Sequence record: LC519489.1
Source: Escherichia phage SP22
Length of the DNA stretch: 64,000 nucleotides
Reading direction: 5' to 3' (one strand)
The position numbers and the translations under genes are program-made. Every line of letters begins with the position of its first letter. Position 1 is the stretch's first letter. A model generated the notes under the pieces. The model was not told the DNA's origin. It ran no database searches and saw only the letters and a list, made by a program, of their open reading frames with translations. This document shows positions 34,036-50,512 of the stretch, piece after piece.

Positions 34036-35502
34036 ATGGCAGATATTACAGAAACACAAGAAAGCTTACCACCATTTAGAATGGGTGAAGTAGGTTCTTT
34101 GGGTCTGAAGGTTAAGAATGGAAGAATCTATGAAGAACCTCGTCAGGCACTAAGGTTCCCTGAAAGTATTAAAACTTTCCAATTAATGATGCGTGACCCT
34201 GCTGTAGCAGCATCTGTAAATATTATTAAGATGTTTGTCAGAAAAGTCAACTGGAGATTCGTACCTCCAAAGGGAAAAGAGCAAGACCCTAAAATGCTTG
34301 AAAGAGCAGACTTCTTTAATTCTTTAATGGATGACATGGAGCATGATTGGGCAGATTTTATTAACTCTGTAATGTCATTCTGCACTTATGGGTTCTGTGT
34401 TAACGAAAAGGTTTATAAGAAACGTCAGGGTAAAAAAGGAAAGTACCAGTCAAAATTTGATGATGGTCTAATTGGGTGGGCTAAATTACCAATCAGAAAC
34501 CAGTCAACACTTGATAAGTGGTATTTTGACGAAGACTTTAGAAAAGTTACTGGTGTTAGACAGAATCTGAGAAATGTTTCACATATTGCTGGAGCAATCA
34601 ATCTCGGAGAAAGACCACTAACAAGAAAACTTCCACGAGCTAAATTCATGCTGTTTAAGTATGACGATGAATATGGAAATCCAGAAGGTCGTTCACCATT
34701 ACTTAATGCTTATGTACCGTGGAAATATAAAGTACAGATTGAAGAGTATGAAGCTGTTGGTGTTTCAAGAGACTTAGTAGGTATGCCAAAGATTGGTTTA
34801 CCACCAGACTATCTGGATGAAAATGCAGAACCTGAAAAGAAAGCTTTCGTACAATACTGCAAAACTGTTGTTAATGATATGATTGCTAACGACAGAGCAG
34901 GTTTAATCTGGCCTAGATATATCGACCCAGATACTAAAGAGGATATCTTTGAGTTCTCATTAGTTTCTAGACAGGGTGCTAAAGCATACGATACAGGCTC
35001 TATTATTGATAGATATTCCAAGCAGATTATGATGGCATTTATGTCAGATGTTCTTGCTATGGGTCAGTCAAAATATGGTTCATTCTCTCTTGCAGATTCT
35101 AAGACAAGCCTATTAGCAATGTCAGTAGATATTCTGCTGAAGCAAATTAAGAACGTAATTAACCGTGATTTAGTTGCACAAACTTATGCTCTTAATATGT
35201 GGGATGATGAAGAACATGTACAAATCACATATGATGATATCGAAACTCCAGACCTTGAAGCAATTGGTTCTTATATTCAGAAGACTGTTGCAGTAGGTGC
35301 TTTGGAAGTTGACAAAGAGCTATCTAACAAACTTAGAGAGCATATTGGTCTTCCTCCTGCTGATGAGTCTCAGCCAGTATCTGAAAAACTTTCTCCAAAT
35401 AGCCAAAGCCGTTCAGGAGATGGTTATAAGACCGCTGGAGAAGGTACTGCAAAGACACCTTCAGCGAAAGACCCAAGCACAGCAAATAAGGCAAATAAAT
35501 AA
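34036..35502 (+). CDS. putative portal protein
   Basis: 491 aa, immediately downstream of terL; start set at ATG after SD aggtgag. Confidence 0.5.
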   Translation: MADITETQESLPPFRMGEVGSLGLKVKNGRIYEEPRQALRFPESIKTFQLMMRDPAVAASVNIIKMFVRKVNWRFVPPKGKEQDPKMLERADFFNSLMDDMEHDWADFINSVMSFCTYGFCVNEKVYKKRQGKKGKYQSKFDDGLIGWAKLPIRNQSTLDKWYFDEDFRKVTGVRQNLRNVSHIAGAINLGERPLTRKLPRAKFMLFKYDDEYGNPEGRSPLLNAYVPWKYKVQIEEYEAVGVSRDLVGMPKIGLPPDYLDENAEPEKKAFVQYCKTVVNDMIANDRAGLIWPRYIDPDTKEDIFEFSLVSRQGAKAYDTGSIIDRYSKQIMMAFMSDVLAMGQSKYGSFSLADSKTSLLAMSVDILLKQIKNVINRDLVAQTYALNMWDDEEHVQITYDDIETPDLEAIGSYIQKTVAVGALEVDKELSNKLREHIGLPPADESQPVSEKLSPNSQSRSGDGYKTAGEGTAKTPSAKDPSTANKANK

Positions 35503-36002
35503 TGGCTGAAGTTATCTCTATTTCAAATGCTACACGAGTGCATTCGTATAGGGGTGTTCTTATCATTACTGATGAGTTATCTGTAGAGGCTGGCTCAAGG
35601 GTCAGCCTTTCAGGTTATGTTAGTGATGGTGGAATCTCTGACGTTTTCACTATTTGTAGGTTACTTGATGCACCAATGAGTGGAAAACCGTTTATTTCAG
35701 GAAATTGTAGTGAAATTGTTAAAATTCCATTTGACAGTTCATGCCTTTTGGGTGTAAAGTTATATAACTGCGAGAATAAACGTATCAATGTTAATAGCAT
35801 TGAAGCCGCTTTCATTACCCTCGATACTGCATTTCAATCCCCAATGACAGTTAACAAAGAAACAAACAGACTTGAATACATTTTTTCACAAAATGATTAC
35901 AAAGTACTTGTCAAAGGTAAAGTATATGATATGATTGTAAATGTGGTAGATGAATCTGGTAACCATTCAACAGTCCTTAAACAAAAAGTAAGGTTTAATT
36001 AA
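35502..36002 (+). CDS. hypothetical head-module protein
   Basis: ORF track, translationally coupled. Confidence 0.4.
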   Translation: MAEVISISNATRVHSYRGVLIITDELSVEAGSRVSLSGYVSDGGISDVFTICRLLDAPMSGKPFISGNCSEIVKIPFDSSCLLGVKLYNCENKRINVNSIEAAFITLDTAFQSPMTVNKETNRLEYIFSQNDYKVLVKGKVYDMIVNVVDESGNHSTVLKQKVRFN

Positions 36003-36334
36003 TGGGAACATTAACTATTGATGGTAAGAATAAAATCCTCGCCACGCTAACCCCAACGACTATTATTTTACACAATGTAGACCCAACGGCAGACCCTACA
36101 GCAAATAAGGTTACTCAGCCAGTGGCTATTTATTTTTCTGAACCGGATAATGGCTTAATTGCCTCAGAAGACACAGTTAATATTACTGTTCCAGCTTCTG
36201 CAACGGTCTCACACTATAGCTTGTGGGATGCTAACGATAAATGCGTGGCAACTGGTACTCTTAGCAAACCTCAATTCTTTGCTGAAGAAGGTATCTATGT
36301 TATCTCTTCAGTCTCTGTAGATTTAAACAAATAG
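36002..36334 (+). CDS. hypothetical head-module protein
   Basis: ORF track. Confidence 0.4.
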   Translation: MGTLTIDGKNKILATLTPTTIILHNVDPTADPTANKVTQPVAIYFSEPDNGLIASEDTVNITVPASATVSHYSLWDANDKCVATGTLSKPQFFAEEGIYVISSVSVDLNK

Positions 36335-36345
36335 GGTGAGTAAAA

Positions 36346-37692
36346 ATGAGTTCGAATATCTTCAGACTTGCTGATAGATTATTCAACCAACCTTTACTAG
36401 CCACTGAATCATTAGCTCACTCAGCAGCAACTTATGTGAATAACAGATTGCTGGGTGATGTCCAAGCAGCAGTAAACTTTGATAAACCTAAAGGTGAAGC
36501 AAGAAGTCTTTTAAAAGTAAAAGATGATATTGCTATTATCCCTATTATGGGTGGCTTAACCCATCGTATGACATTCATTGATGCAATGTGTACTGGTGGT
36601 TTAAGCTCTTATGAAGGTTTACGTAGAGGCTTTGACGAAGCTTTAGCAGATGAGTCAATCAAGACTATTGTTCTGCATATTGATTCTGGTGGTGGTGAAG
36701 CTTCAGGTTGCTTTGAATTAGCACGTCACATTATGGCTTCAAGAGGCCAAAAGAAAATTATTGCTTATGTAGATGAGTTCGCTTGTTCCGCTGCATATGC
36801 TCTTGCATCTTCTGCTGAAGAAATTATTGCATCACCAGATGCAGATGTTGGTTCTATTGGTGTAATCATGGTTCATCAGGAATTAACTAAGGCATTTGAA
36901 AAGAATGGCGTAACAATTAACGTCATCAAAGCTGGTGAGTTTAAAGGTATGGGTTCACCATTCCAAGCACTTTCAGAAGAAAGCAAAGAAAGACTTCAAA
37001 AGAGAATTAATGATACCTACGCAACCTTCACAGGTTTTGTAGCTGAATCTCGTAATCTCTCTGAAGAAGCTGTAAAGAATACTGAGGCGAATGTTTATTC
37101 TGCTCAGGAAGCTCTTGAACTTGGTTTAATTAACTCAATCATGTCTCAAGATGATTTCTTAAATTACTTACAAGGTTCTGAAGAGGCTCCTGTAAGTTTA
37201 AACGTTAACAATTCAGGTGAAGAAATGACTGAACAAGAAAAGCAAGAACTAGAAGCTTTGCGTCTTCAGGTTGCTCAAATGAAAGCTAAAGAACAGGAAG
37301 CTGCTTTGTCAGATTTGACTAATAAGATTTCTGCTTCTGCTGAAGCTTTTGGATTTGATGCAAAAGAAGCTGCAACGACTATTTTAGGTGCTGGTCTTGA
37401 TAACCCTCTGAGTGTTCTGTTTATGAATGCTATGGAAGGTGCTAACCAGAAACTTAATGAAACTATCGCGTCCCATGCTTCTGCAATGGAAGAAAAAGAA
37501 TCAGAAATTACCAAGCTGAAAGAAACTGCTGGTGCTGTTCTTGAACATTCCAACGCTATGGAAGAAGTGGGTAATGACGGCGAAGCTGATTTGGTTGAAG
37601 AAGAAAAAGAACCAGCTAAGAATGCTTCCGAAGACACCGCTGAACAACGCAAACTGGCTCTCCAGAATGCTCTAAAATCTCTTATCAAATAA
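36346..37692 (+). CDS. prohead protease with C-terminal coiled-coil (scaffold-like) region; S49/ClpP-like peptidase fold
   Basis: motifs IIPIMGG, DSGGGE, AYVDEFACSAAYALASSA typical of S49 (SppA-like) phage head maturation proteases; Glu/Ala/Lys-rich C-terminal third. Confidence 0.55.
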   Translation: MSSNIFRLADRLFNQPLLATESLAHSAATYVNNRLLGDVQAAVNFDKPKGEARSLLKVKDDIAIIPIMGGLTHRMTFIDAMCTGGLSSYEGLRRGFDEALADESIKTIVLHIDSGGGEASGCFELARHIMASRGQKKIIAYVDEFACSAAYALASSAEEIIASPDADVGSIGVIMVHQELTKAFEKNGVTINVIKAGEFKGMGSPFQALSEESKERLQKRINDTYATFTGFVAESRNLSEEAVKNTEANVYSAQEALELGLINSIMSQDDFLNYLQGSEEAPVSLNVNNSGEEMTEQEKQELEALRLQVAQMKAKEQEAALSDLTNKISASAEAFGFDAKEAATTILGAGLDNPLSVLFMNAMEGANQKLNETIASHASAMEEKESEITKLKETAGAVLEHSNAMEEVGNDGEADLVEEEKEPAKNASEDTAEQRKLALQNALKSLIK

Positions 37693-37703
37693 GGAACACA
37701 ACA

Positions 37704-38081
37704 ATGGCATATCAAGGTTTTACTAAGTTAGGTAAAAGAGAACCTCTGAATGATATCATTCTTTGGGAACAGGTTACCCCAACAGGCCACTCTCGTAAAG
37801 AGTACACTCCGGTTGCTTCAACAGAATACCGTGTAGGTGAAGTTCTGAAAGCAGACGGTACTAAAGTTACAGCAGGGCAAGAAGCTCAGGCTGATTCTGT
37901 ATGTATCGTTAACTTCTATGCAGACCTGCAACTGTCTTACCACGGTCAGTTGAAAGTTGTTGGTATTTACCGCGACGCAGAGCTAAAAGACCTGCTTACT
38001 CTTGAGTCAGGTGTTGATGCTGCCGCAGTCAAGACAGCTCTGGCTGCTAAAGGTATCGATTTCGTACCAACTGGCCTGTAA
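37704..38081 (+). CDS. putative head decoration or accessory protein
   Basis: 125 aa between protease/scaffold and capsid genes. Confidence 0.3.
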   Translation: MAYQGFTKLGKREPLNDIILWEQVTPTGHSRKEYTPVASTEYRVGEVLKADGTKVTAGQEAQADSVCIVNFYADLQLSYHGQLKVVGIYRDAELKDLLTLESGVDAAAVKTALAAKGIDFVPTGL

Positions 38082-38114
38082 TAACAATAATAAGACATTC
38101 TGGAGAATTTTACA

Positions 38115-39224
38115 ATGTTGACTAATTCTGAAAAAAGCAGATTTTTCCTTGCTGACCTGACTGGTGAAGTCCAGTCTATCCCAAATACTTATGGGTATAT
38201 TTCCAACTTAGGTCTGTTCCGTTCAGCACCAATCACCCAAACTACTTTCCTTATGGACTTGACTGATTGGGATGTTAGCTTGCTTGATGCGGTAGACCGC
38301 GATAGCCGTAAAGCAGAGACTAGCGCACCTGAGCGTGTTCGTCAAATCAGCTTCCCAATGATGTATTTCAAAGAAGTTGAAAGCATCACTCCTGATGAAA
38401 TTCAGGGTGTACGTCAGCCAGGCACTGCAAACGAACTGACTACTGAAGCTGTAGTACGTGCTAAGAAGCTGATGAAGATTCGTACCAAGTTCGATATTAC
38501 TCGTGAGTTCCTGTTTATGCAAGCTCTGAAGGGTAAAGTTGTTGATGCTCGTGGTACTCTGTATGCTGACCTGTACAAGCAGTTCGACGTTGAGAAGAAG
38601 ACTGTTCACTTCGACCTCGACAATCCTAATGCTGACATCGACGCTGCTATTGAAGAACTGCGTATGCACATGGAAGACGAAGCTAAGACTGGCACTGTAA
38701 TCAACGGTGAAGAAATTCACGTAGTTGTTGACCGTGTATTCTTCAGCAAACTGGTTAAGCATCCTAAGATTCGTGACGCTTATCTTGCACAGCAGACTCC
38801 GCTGGCTTGGCAACAGATTACTGGTTCTCTGAGAACTGGTGGTACTGACGGCGTTCAGGCTCACATGAACACTTTCTACTATGGTGGTGTTAAGTTTGTC
38901 CAGTACAACGGTAAGTTCAAAGACAAGCGCGGTAAGGTTCACACTCTGGTTAGCATTGATGGTGTTACTCAGGATGGAACTGTAGGTGTAGGACACGCTT
39001 TCCCTAACGTTTCTATGCTGGGTGAAGCAAACAACATCTTCGAAGTGGCATATGGTCCATGTCCTAAGATGGGTTATGCAAATACGCTTGGTCAGGAACT
39101 GTACGTATTTGAATACGAAAAAGACCGTGACGAAGGTATCGACTTTGAAGCTCACTCTTACATGCTGCCATACTGTACTCGTCCTCAGTTGCTGGTAGAC
39201 GTTCGTTCTGACGCTCAAGGCTAA
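38115..39224 (+). CDS. putative major capsid protein
   Basis: 369 aa downstream of protease/scaffold; strongly biased codon usage typical of highly expressed structural genes. Confidence 0.55.
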   Translation: MLTNSEKSRFFLADLTGEVQSIPNTYGYISNLGLFRSAPITQTTFLMDLTDWDVSLLDAVDRDSRKAETSAPERVRQISFPMMYFKEVESITPDEIQGVRQPGTANELTTEAVVRAKKLMKIRTKFDITREFLFMQALKGKVVDARGTLYADLYKQFDVEKKTVHFDLDNPNADIDAAIEELRMHMEDEAKTGTVINGEEIHVVVDRVFFSKLVKHPKIRDAYLAQQTPLAWQQITGSLRTGGTDGVQAHMNTFYYGGVKFVQYNGKFKDKRGKVHTLVSIDGVTQDGTVGVGHAFPNVSMLGEANNIFEVAYGPCPKMGYANTLGQELYVFEYEKDRDEGIDFEAHSYMLPYCTRPQLLVDVRSDAQG

Positions 39225-39245
39225 TATTCTTAAGGAGGGTTATGA

Positions 39246-39695
39246 ATGTGCTATACAGGCGACCCAGCCAATAACCCTCTTGATAGAGTAAGAATCCTCT
39301 GCACAGACACCAATAATGATGAAATTCTTATTGAACAGTCTGTGCTAGAGTGGTTCTATCTAGAATCTGGAAAGGATGAAAAGAAAGCAGCCATCAAAGC
39401 TCTTAAATATTTACTCTTTCAAGTAGCCAAGATGGGAGATGAGAAGGTTGGTGGTGTTTATTTACGTAACTCTTCCAGATTCAAATCTCTGAAAGCTGTT
39501 TATGACGACCTTGTTAAAAGCTCTGTTTCAGGACTACCCTATGCAGGTGGTATTAATCAGTGTGATATTGATATGCGTCGTCAAAATCCTTGCTCTGTCA
39601 AGAAATACACAGAATATGGTGATGCTGCCAGATACGAAGGCAGAGATTACTGCAACCGTGTTAATGGCGTATTTATTATCGAGCGAGATGAATAA
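39246..39695 (+). CDS. putative head completion/connector protein
   Basis: position between capsid and tail genes. Confidence 0.3.
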   Translation: MCYTGDPANNPLDRVRILCTDTNNDEILIEQSVLEWFYLESGKDEKKAAIKALKYLLFQVAKMGDEKVGGVYLRNSSRFKSLKAVYDDLVKSSVSGLPYAGGINQCDIDMRRQNPCSVKKYTEYGDAARYEGRDYCNRVNGVFIIERDE

Positions 39696-40177
39696 TGGTT
39701 AAAAGGGTTATTCACCCCGCTAGAGCAAAATTAGTCGGGGCTATGAAGAACTTGCAAACGGCTAATGCTCAAGTTGGGTATTTTCAAGAACAAGGTCAAC
39801 ATAGCTCTGGTTTTTCTTATCCTGCTTTAATGTATTTACAAGAAGTTATTGGGGTTCCCTCAGCTTCTGGTAAAGTATATCGTAGGTTGTTTGAAATCAC
39901 TATGATGCTAAACAGACAGACCTTGTTAGAGCAGACTAAGAAGAATCTATATAAGCAACTTAGCAGTCTCAACACAGACCCTTCAAATACCTTAGAAGCA
40001 TTTGCAAAGAATGCTCAAAAGGCAATTAAAAGAGGTTTTGGTAATTCTGCTATCCTCCCTCCTAACGCACCTTCCACAGTCAAGAAAAAAGGCTTTAATG
40101 CACCTCTTGTTGAGACAGGTGACTTAAGGGATAACCTTGCTTATAAAATTTCTACTAAGAAGGGTATTAAAAAATGA
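39695..40177 (+). CDS. putative head-tail joining protein
   Basis: position. Confidence 0.3.
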   Translation: MVKRVIHPARAKLVGAMKNLQTANAQVGYFQEQGQHSSGFSYPALMYLQEVIGVPSASGKVYRRLFEITMMLNRQTLLEQTKKNLYKQLSSLNTDPSNTLEAFAKNAQKAIKRGFGNSAILPPNAPSTVKKKGFNAPLVETGDLRDNLAYKISTKKGIKK

Positions 40178-40575
40178 GACTCTTAAACAGACACAGCTTT
40201 GTAGTAAAGCGCAAAGCCTCTGAAGATGGTTATTACAATGATGATGGTGATTGGGTAGCTTCACAAGATATTGTAGAGGTTAACTGTAAAGGTAATATCC
40301 AGCCATATATCAAAGGTTCTGTAAAGAATGGTACACAGATTGCTTTACCGGAAGGTATCAGACTTACCGATACAAGAATCCTGTATACTACATATAAACT
40401 TAGAACTTCAGATGATGTAGAGTGGAATGAGTCTGACATTGTTATGATTGATGGTCATGAGTATGAAGTATTTATGACTATGGATTGGTCACAGCAATTA
40501 GCCCATACGTCCCATTATGAATATATCATTATTAGAAGGGATAAAATGAATGCAGTTAGAAACAGCAGAACTTGA
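40174..40575 (+). CDS. putative head-tail joining protein
   Basis: position, overlapping start. Confidence 0.3.
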   Translation: MRLLNRHSFVVKRKASEDGYYNDDGDWVASQDIVEVNCKGNIQPYIKGSVKNGTQIALPEGIRLTDTRILYTTYKLRTSDDVEWNESDIVMIDGHEYEVFMTMDWSQQLAHTSHYEYIIIRRDKMNAVRNSRT

Positions 40576-41149
40576 AAAAGGTCTAGTTAGAACCTTAGTG
40601 GATGTTATTGGTCACAGACTAGCTCGTGATAAAAATAATAGACCAAATGTAATTAGAGCTTACCCTTCTGATAACTCAAATGACAAAGGTTTAAAACCTG
40701 ACCAGCCATTTATTACCGTATATTGTCAAGATGCTGCAACACCTTATGGTTGGGTTCTTGATAAGTTTGTTGAGGATGATGTAGTTTGCTATAGAATTGC
40801 TTTTCAAATTCCAGTATTAATTACGGTAAATGGTAAAGGTGCTCACAGTATTATGCTTGAGCTTAAACAACGATTAGAGATGAGTTCAGTCAGAGATTTA
40901 ATTCTTGAAGAGACAGGAGCTACAGTTTTAGACACTGGAGCTATCCCAAATGACTACACTTATCTTAATACAGATTTCGAAAATTCTGCACCTCTTGTTG
41001 TAACTCTTGTAAAAAATTCAGTCCTGAAAGATGAACGTGGAAGTATTATTGAGCGTGTCATTGTTGATGGTGAATTAGTTTACGAAGAAGGACAAGAGCC
41101 ACCAGAATATACTATCCATCTAGATGTAGACTCCAAAGGGGTAAAATAA
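40550..41149 (+). CDS. putative tail completion/terminator protein
   Basis: position. Confidence 0.3.
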   Translation: MQLETAELEKGLVRTLVDVIGHRLARDKNNRPNVIRAYPSDNSNDKGLKPDQPFITVYCQDAATPYGWVLDKFVEDDVVCYRIAFQIPVLITVNGKGAHSIMLELKQRLEMSSVRDLILEETGATVLDTGAIPNDYTYLNTDFENSAPLVVTLVKNSVLKDERGSIIERVIVDGELVYEEGQEPPEYTIHLDVDSKGVK

Positions 41150-42502
41150 ATGTGGAATCCAATTGTTAATGTAGATATTACATTGAACACCGCAGGAACT
41201 ACAAGAGAAGGTTTTGGGCTGCCACTATTTTTAGCTTCAACAGATAACTTTGAAGAAAGAGTCCGTGGTTACACTTCCTTAACTGAAGTTGCTGAAGATT
41301 TCGATGAAAATTCTGCTGCATATAAGGCTGCTAAACAACTTTGGAGTCAGACTCCTAAAGTAACTCAGCTTTATATTGGTAGACGTGCTATGCAGTACAC
41401 TGTATCAATTCCTGATGAGGTTACTGAGAGCACCGATTATTCTTTAACTGTAGCTGTGGGCGGTGGAGTTTCTCAGCCATTCCAGTATACAGCACAGACA
41501 TCAGATACCGCTGAGAAGGTGTTGCAGCAGCTTAAAACACAAATTGAAGCAGAACCTTCTGTAAAAGACCTTGTTACTGTCAATGTAACTGGTTCTGGTG
41601 GTTCAGCAACAATGGTAATCACCAAAGCTGGTGTCAACGACTTCGTGAAGGTTACTACTACAGCACAAACAGTGTCAATTGCAAGTACAACTGCTGACAC
41701 AGCATCGACTGCTCTGGCAGCTATTGAAGCGTATTCAACTGACTGGTATTTCATTGCAGCAGAAGACAGAACTCAACAGTTTGTCTTAGCAATGGCTTCT
41801 GAGATTCAAGCTCGTAAGAAGATTTTCTTTACAGCTAACTCCGATGTAGCAGCACTGCAAGGTACAGAATTAGCCAGTGCAAATGATGTTCCAGCACAAC
41901 TTGCTAAGAATAAGTACACTCGCACAGTTTGCTTGTGGCATCACACAGCAGCAGAAGACTATCCAGAAATGGCATACATCGCTTATGGTGCTCCATATGA
42001 TGCAGGTTCAATTGCTTGGGGTAACGCACAGCTAACTGGCGTAGCTGCTTCTCTACAGCCATCTAATCAGAGACCTCTGACAAGTATTCAGAAGTCAGCT
42101 TTAGATGCACGTCACTGTAACTTTATTGACCTTGATGGTGGTGTTCCAGTGGTTCGTAGAGGGATTACTTCTGGTGGGGAATGGATTGATATCATCCGTG
42201 GTGTTGACTGGTTAGAATCAGACCTGAAAACTTCTCTGAGAGACTTGCTAATTAACCAGAAGGGTGGTAAGATTACTTATGATGATACTGGTATTACCCG
42301 TATTCGTCAAGTCATTGAAACCTCTCTGCAAAGAGCAGTCAACAGAAACTTCCTGTCATCTTACACAGTTAATGTTCCTAAAGCCTCTCAAGTTGCTTTG
42401 GCAGACAAGAAAGCTCGTATCCTGAAAGATGTTACCTTCGCAGGTATCTTAGCAGGGGCTATCTTGGATGTTGACTTGAAAGGTACAGTGGCTTACGAAT
42501 AA
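41150..42502 (+). CDS. putative tail sheath protein
   Basis: 450 aa immediately upstream of a 148-aa tube-size ORF, chaperone pair and tape measure gene. Confidence 0.45.
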   Translation: MWNPIVNVDITLNTAGTTREGFGLPLFLASTDNFEERVRGYTSLTEVAEDFDENSAAYKAAKQLWSQTPKVTQLYIGRRAMQYTVSIPDEVTESTDYSLTVAVGGGVSQPFQYTAQTSDTAEKVLQQLKTQIEAEPSVKDLVTVNVTGSGGSATMVITKAGVNDFVKVTTTAQTVSIASTTADTASTALAAIEAYSTDWYFIAAEDRTQQFVLAMASEIQARKKIFFTANSDVAALQGTELASANDVPAQLAKNKYTRTVCLWHHTAAEDYPEMAYIAYGAPYDAGSIAWGNAQLTGVAASLQPSNQRPLTSIQKSALDARHCNFIDLDGGVPVVRRGITSGGEWIDIIRGVDWLESDLKTSLRDLLINQKGGKITYDDTGITRIRQVIETSLQRAVNRNFLSSYTVNVPKASQVALADKKARILKDVTFAGILAGAILDVDLKGTVAYE

Positions 42503-42517
42503 TAGAGGTAAATTGGA

Positions 42518-42964
42518 ATGGCTATGTATCAGCAATATTCCCCTAAAGACGTTGTGTGTAGCTGGAATGGTATTGCCATTGAAGGCTTTGCCCCAGACTC
42601 ATTCTTACGTCTACAGAGAACATCACCACTTGTGACACCAGTTGTAGGTGCAGGTGGTCAGGTTGCTCTGACAAGAAATGCAGACAAGACAGGTACTATT
42701 GAGATTGAGCTAATGCAGACTTCTCTCTCTAATCAGATGCTTTCTGCAATTCAAGCTAAACAAGACAATATGGAACTTGAAGAAGATATCTCTTCTAACT
42801 TCGTAATCTACGACCCATCAGGCTCTGTTCTGGCAACTGGTATTAATGCTTGGTTGCAGGAATTACCACAGATTGAACTTGGTCGTGACCAGAACTCTAA
42901 AACTTGGATTTTTGGTTGTGAGAAGCTAGACTATACTTCTACAATTCCAGCGTCAAGTGTTTAA
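42518..42964 (+). CDS. putative tail tube protein
   Basis: 148 aa, followed by strong terminator then chaperone genes. Confidence 0.45.
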   Translation: MAMYQQYSPKDVVCSWNGIAIEGFAPDSFLRLQRTSPLVTPVVGAGGQVALTRNADKTGTIEIELMQTSLSNQMLSAIQAKQDNMELEEDISSNFVIYDPSGSVLATGINAWLQELPQIELGRDQNSKTWIFGCEKLDYTSTIPASSV

Positions 42965-42975
42965 TAAATCCTATA

Positions 42976-43008
42976 AGGGGGAGACTTTAAAAGGTCTTCC
43001 CCTTTTTT
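42976..43008 (+). terminator. rho-independent terminator after tube gene
   Basis: gggggagac...gtcttcccc + tttttt. Confidence 0.6.
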
Positions 43009-43036
43009 GTTTCTTTTAAAGTATTAAGGAATCACA

Positions 43037-43435
43037 ATGAAAACAGAATCTAGAGTAATTAATGGTAAGAAAGTAAATATCGTTCTGCTTGGGGCAAGAG
43101 ATGGTATTAAGATGTCTATGAAGTTGGGTAAAATTGTTGTTCCAACATTTGCACAGATGCTGTCAAGCCTGACTGATAAAGATAAGAAAGAAGCTCCAAT
43201 GGTTCCATTTAAAGAACTTGTTGAAGCTTGTTTTGACAGAATTGAAGAAATTAACCTTGAAGAAATGGCTACCATGTTATTTCAAGGGGCAACTGTTGAT
43301 GACTTCCCACTTAATATTGATACATACTTCCAAGCAAACTACGGTGAATTTATTGATTACTTAGCATTTGCGCTGGAGGCAAACTTCGGAAGTTTTTTCG
43401 AAGCAAGCATTTTCAAAAGCCTAACTTCTCAGTAA
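43037..43435 (+). CDS. tail assembly chaperone (G-like)
   Basis: position between tube and tape-measure genes; slippery site near 3' end. Confidence 0.5.
   Translation: MKTESRVINGKKVNIVLLGARDGIKMSMKLGKIVVPTFAQMLSSLTDKDKKEAPMVPFKELVEACFDRIEEINLEEMATMLFQGATVDDFPLNIDTYFQANYGEFIDYLAFALEANFGSFFEASIFKSLTSQ
43393..43399 (+). other. candidate -1 programmed ribosomal frameshift site T_TTT_TTC
   Basis: heptamer in codon register X_XXY_YYZ 13 codons before the stop; the -1 frame is open from here into ORF 43438-43677. Confidence 0.5.
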
Positions 43436-43437
43436 AC

Positions 43438-43676
43438 ATGGGTAACACTCTACAGACACCACTAACTGATGCTGCTGTAGAGGCAACCTATGAAGAAGCA
43501 GACGAGATGAAATTTGTGCTTGCTATTTATGGTATGGAAGGGTGTAAAGAAACACTTGACCAACTCTTTGCTATGACATTCTCTGATTTATTATCATTGA
43601 GACAATTTCTTGAAATTCAGAGGTCGTATAAAGAGGAAATTGCTTACAACGAACTTAGAAGAGCAGGAAAAATGTA

Positions 43677-43677
<1 letters not shown>
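43438..43677 (+). CDS. tail assembly chaperone C-terminal extension ORF (GT-like, probably expressed by frameshift fusion)
   Basis: in -1 frame relative to upstream chaperone, directly abutting the tape measure gene. Confidence 0.45.
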
Positions 43678-49040
<5,363 letters not shown>

Positions 49041-49041
<1 letters not shown>

Positions 49042-50510
49042 TGGCAGGATTAACTACAACAGGATTACAAACTCTAAGATATCAGGAAATTTTTGATAAT
49101 ATCAAATCAAGACTTCTTAGAGATATTTCACCCAACCTTGACGTTTCTGAAGATAGTCAATTAGGACTCTTCCTAGCTTCAATTGCAAGGTCTTTAGCTG
49201 ATACTCATGAGATTCTATCAGAAATCTACGATGGAGGTACAATTGATAAGGCTGAAGGGTTTAACCTTGATGATATTACAGCTTTAAATGCGGTATACAG
49301 ATATGTTGCTCAGGCAACAAGAGGTCAAGTTGAGTTTACTGGAACGACTGGTGCTACCATTCCTTCAACAACAAGGTTAAGAAGTACTGCCGGAAACATC
49401 TTTTATCCAGTTAATAATATTACCCTTACTCCATCATATTGTGTTGAAGCTATCCTTGAAGTTAACTCTTTACGAACTGATGCAGATTATGTTATTATTA
49501 TTGATAACGTCATTTTCTCATATAAACCAACCTCATCAGACACAATCACCACGCTTCTAACAAAATTAGCAGAAGCTATTAATGGTGGTATTGTAGCAAA
49601 AGCAGAAGTCATTAATGATGGAGCCGCACTAAGAGTCTATAAAGACGAGGGTGATATCATTGCAAGAACAAATCCTATGGTTGTCACTGCAACAACGTTT
49701 CTGACCTTTACAAAAATTACAACTATTTCAGATGTAGTAGCTGAAGAGGTTGGTGCTACCCCTGCTTTGGCTGGTACGCTTATTGAGATTGAGACAACTG
49801 TTGATGGTCTTGACAGTATTTATAACAGGTATGACTTAACAACTGGTAGAAACGAAGAAACTGACACAGAACTTAGACAGAGATATTTAGAATCTTTAGC
49901 AGTTACTGGTGTAGGGACTTTGGATGCAATTGTAGCTGCTGTTAAAAGAGTTCAAGGTGTCTCAGATGCTTCAGGTGTTGAGAATGATACTGAAGAGACA
50001 AGCTCAGAAGGTCTTCCACCAAAATCTTTTAAGATTGTTGTAGTTGGTGGTCAAAATGATAATGTTGCTCAAGCAATCTGGGATACAAAACCTGCTGGTA
50101 TTAGAGCTTATGGCTCAATTTTTGGTACAGCCCATGATTTAGGTGGATTGGCACATAATATTTATTTTAGCAGACCAACACCAAAATACGCATTTGTTAA
50201 AGTCTCTTACTCTTTATATGATGAAGAAAGCTTGACAATCCCTGAAGAGGATATCAGAGACAGCATTGTACAAGGTATTAATGCTTATGGGAGAACTCTT
50301 AAGGTTGGTAATGATGTTATCCCTAACAGAATCTATGGATATATCTATGACGTAATTAAAGGTATTGAGATTAATGAGGTTAAAGTAGCCTTATCAAACA
50401 GCCAATCAGTCCCACCTAGTGACGGGCAGTATACTACAGCAAGAATTACTGTTGACGGTGACCAATATACTGTTTGGGAAAGCAGCCAGTATACCATCAC
50501 TAAGGAGTAA
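49041..50510 (+). CDS. putative baseplate wedge protein (J/gp6-like)
   Basis: position and size. Confidence 0.35.
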
Positions 50511-50512
50511 TA

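Noticed and set aside
37275-37715. 146-aa - strand ORF antisense to the protease/scaffold gene
   Set aside because: Fully overlapped by the better-supported + strand gene; Ala/Ser-rich low-complexity translation.
38223-39218. 331-aa ORF on the - strand, antisense to the putative major capsid gene
   Set aside because: Entirely contained in a strongly codon-biased + strand gene; long antisense ORFs are a common artefact of such bias, and the translation is low-complexity with no start context.
39502-39702. 66-aa alternative-frame ORF inside 39246-39695
   Set aside because: Fully embedded in a longer same-strand ORF with no independent start signals.
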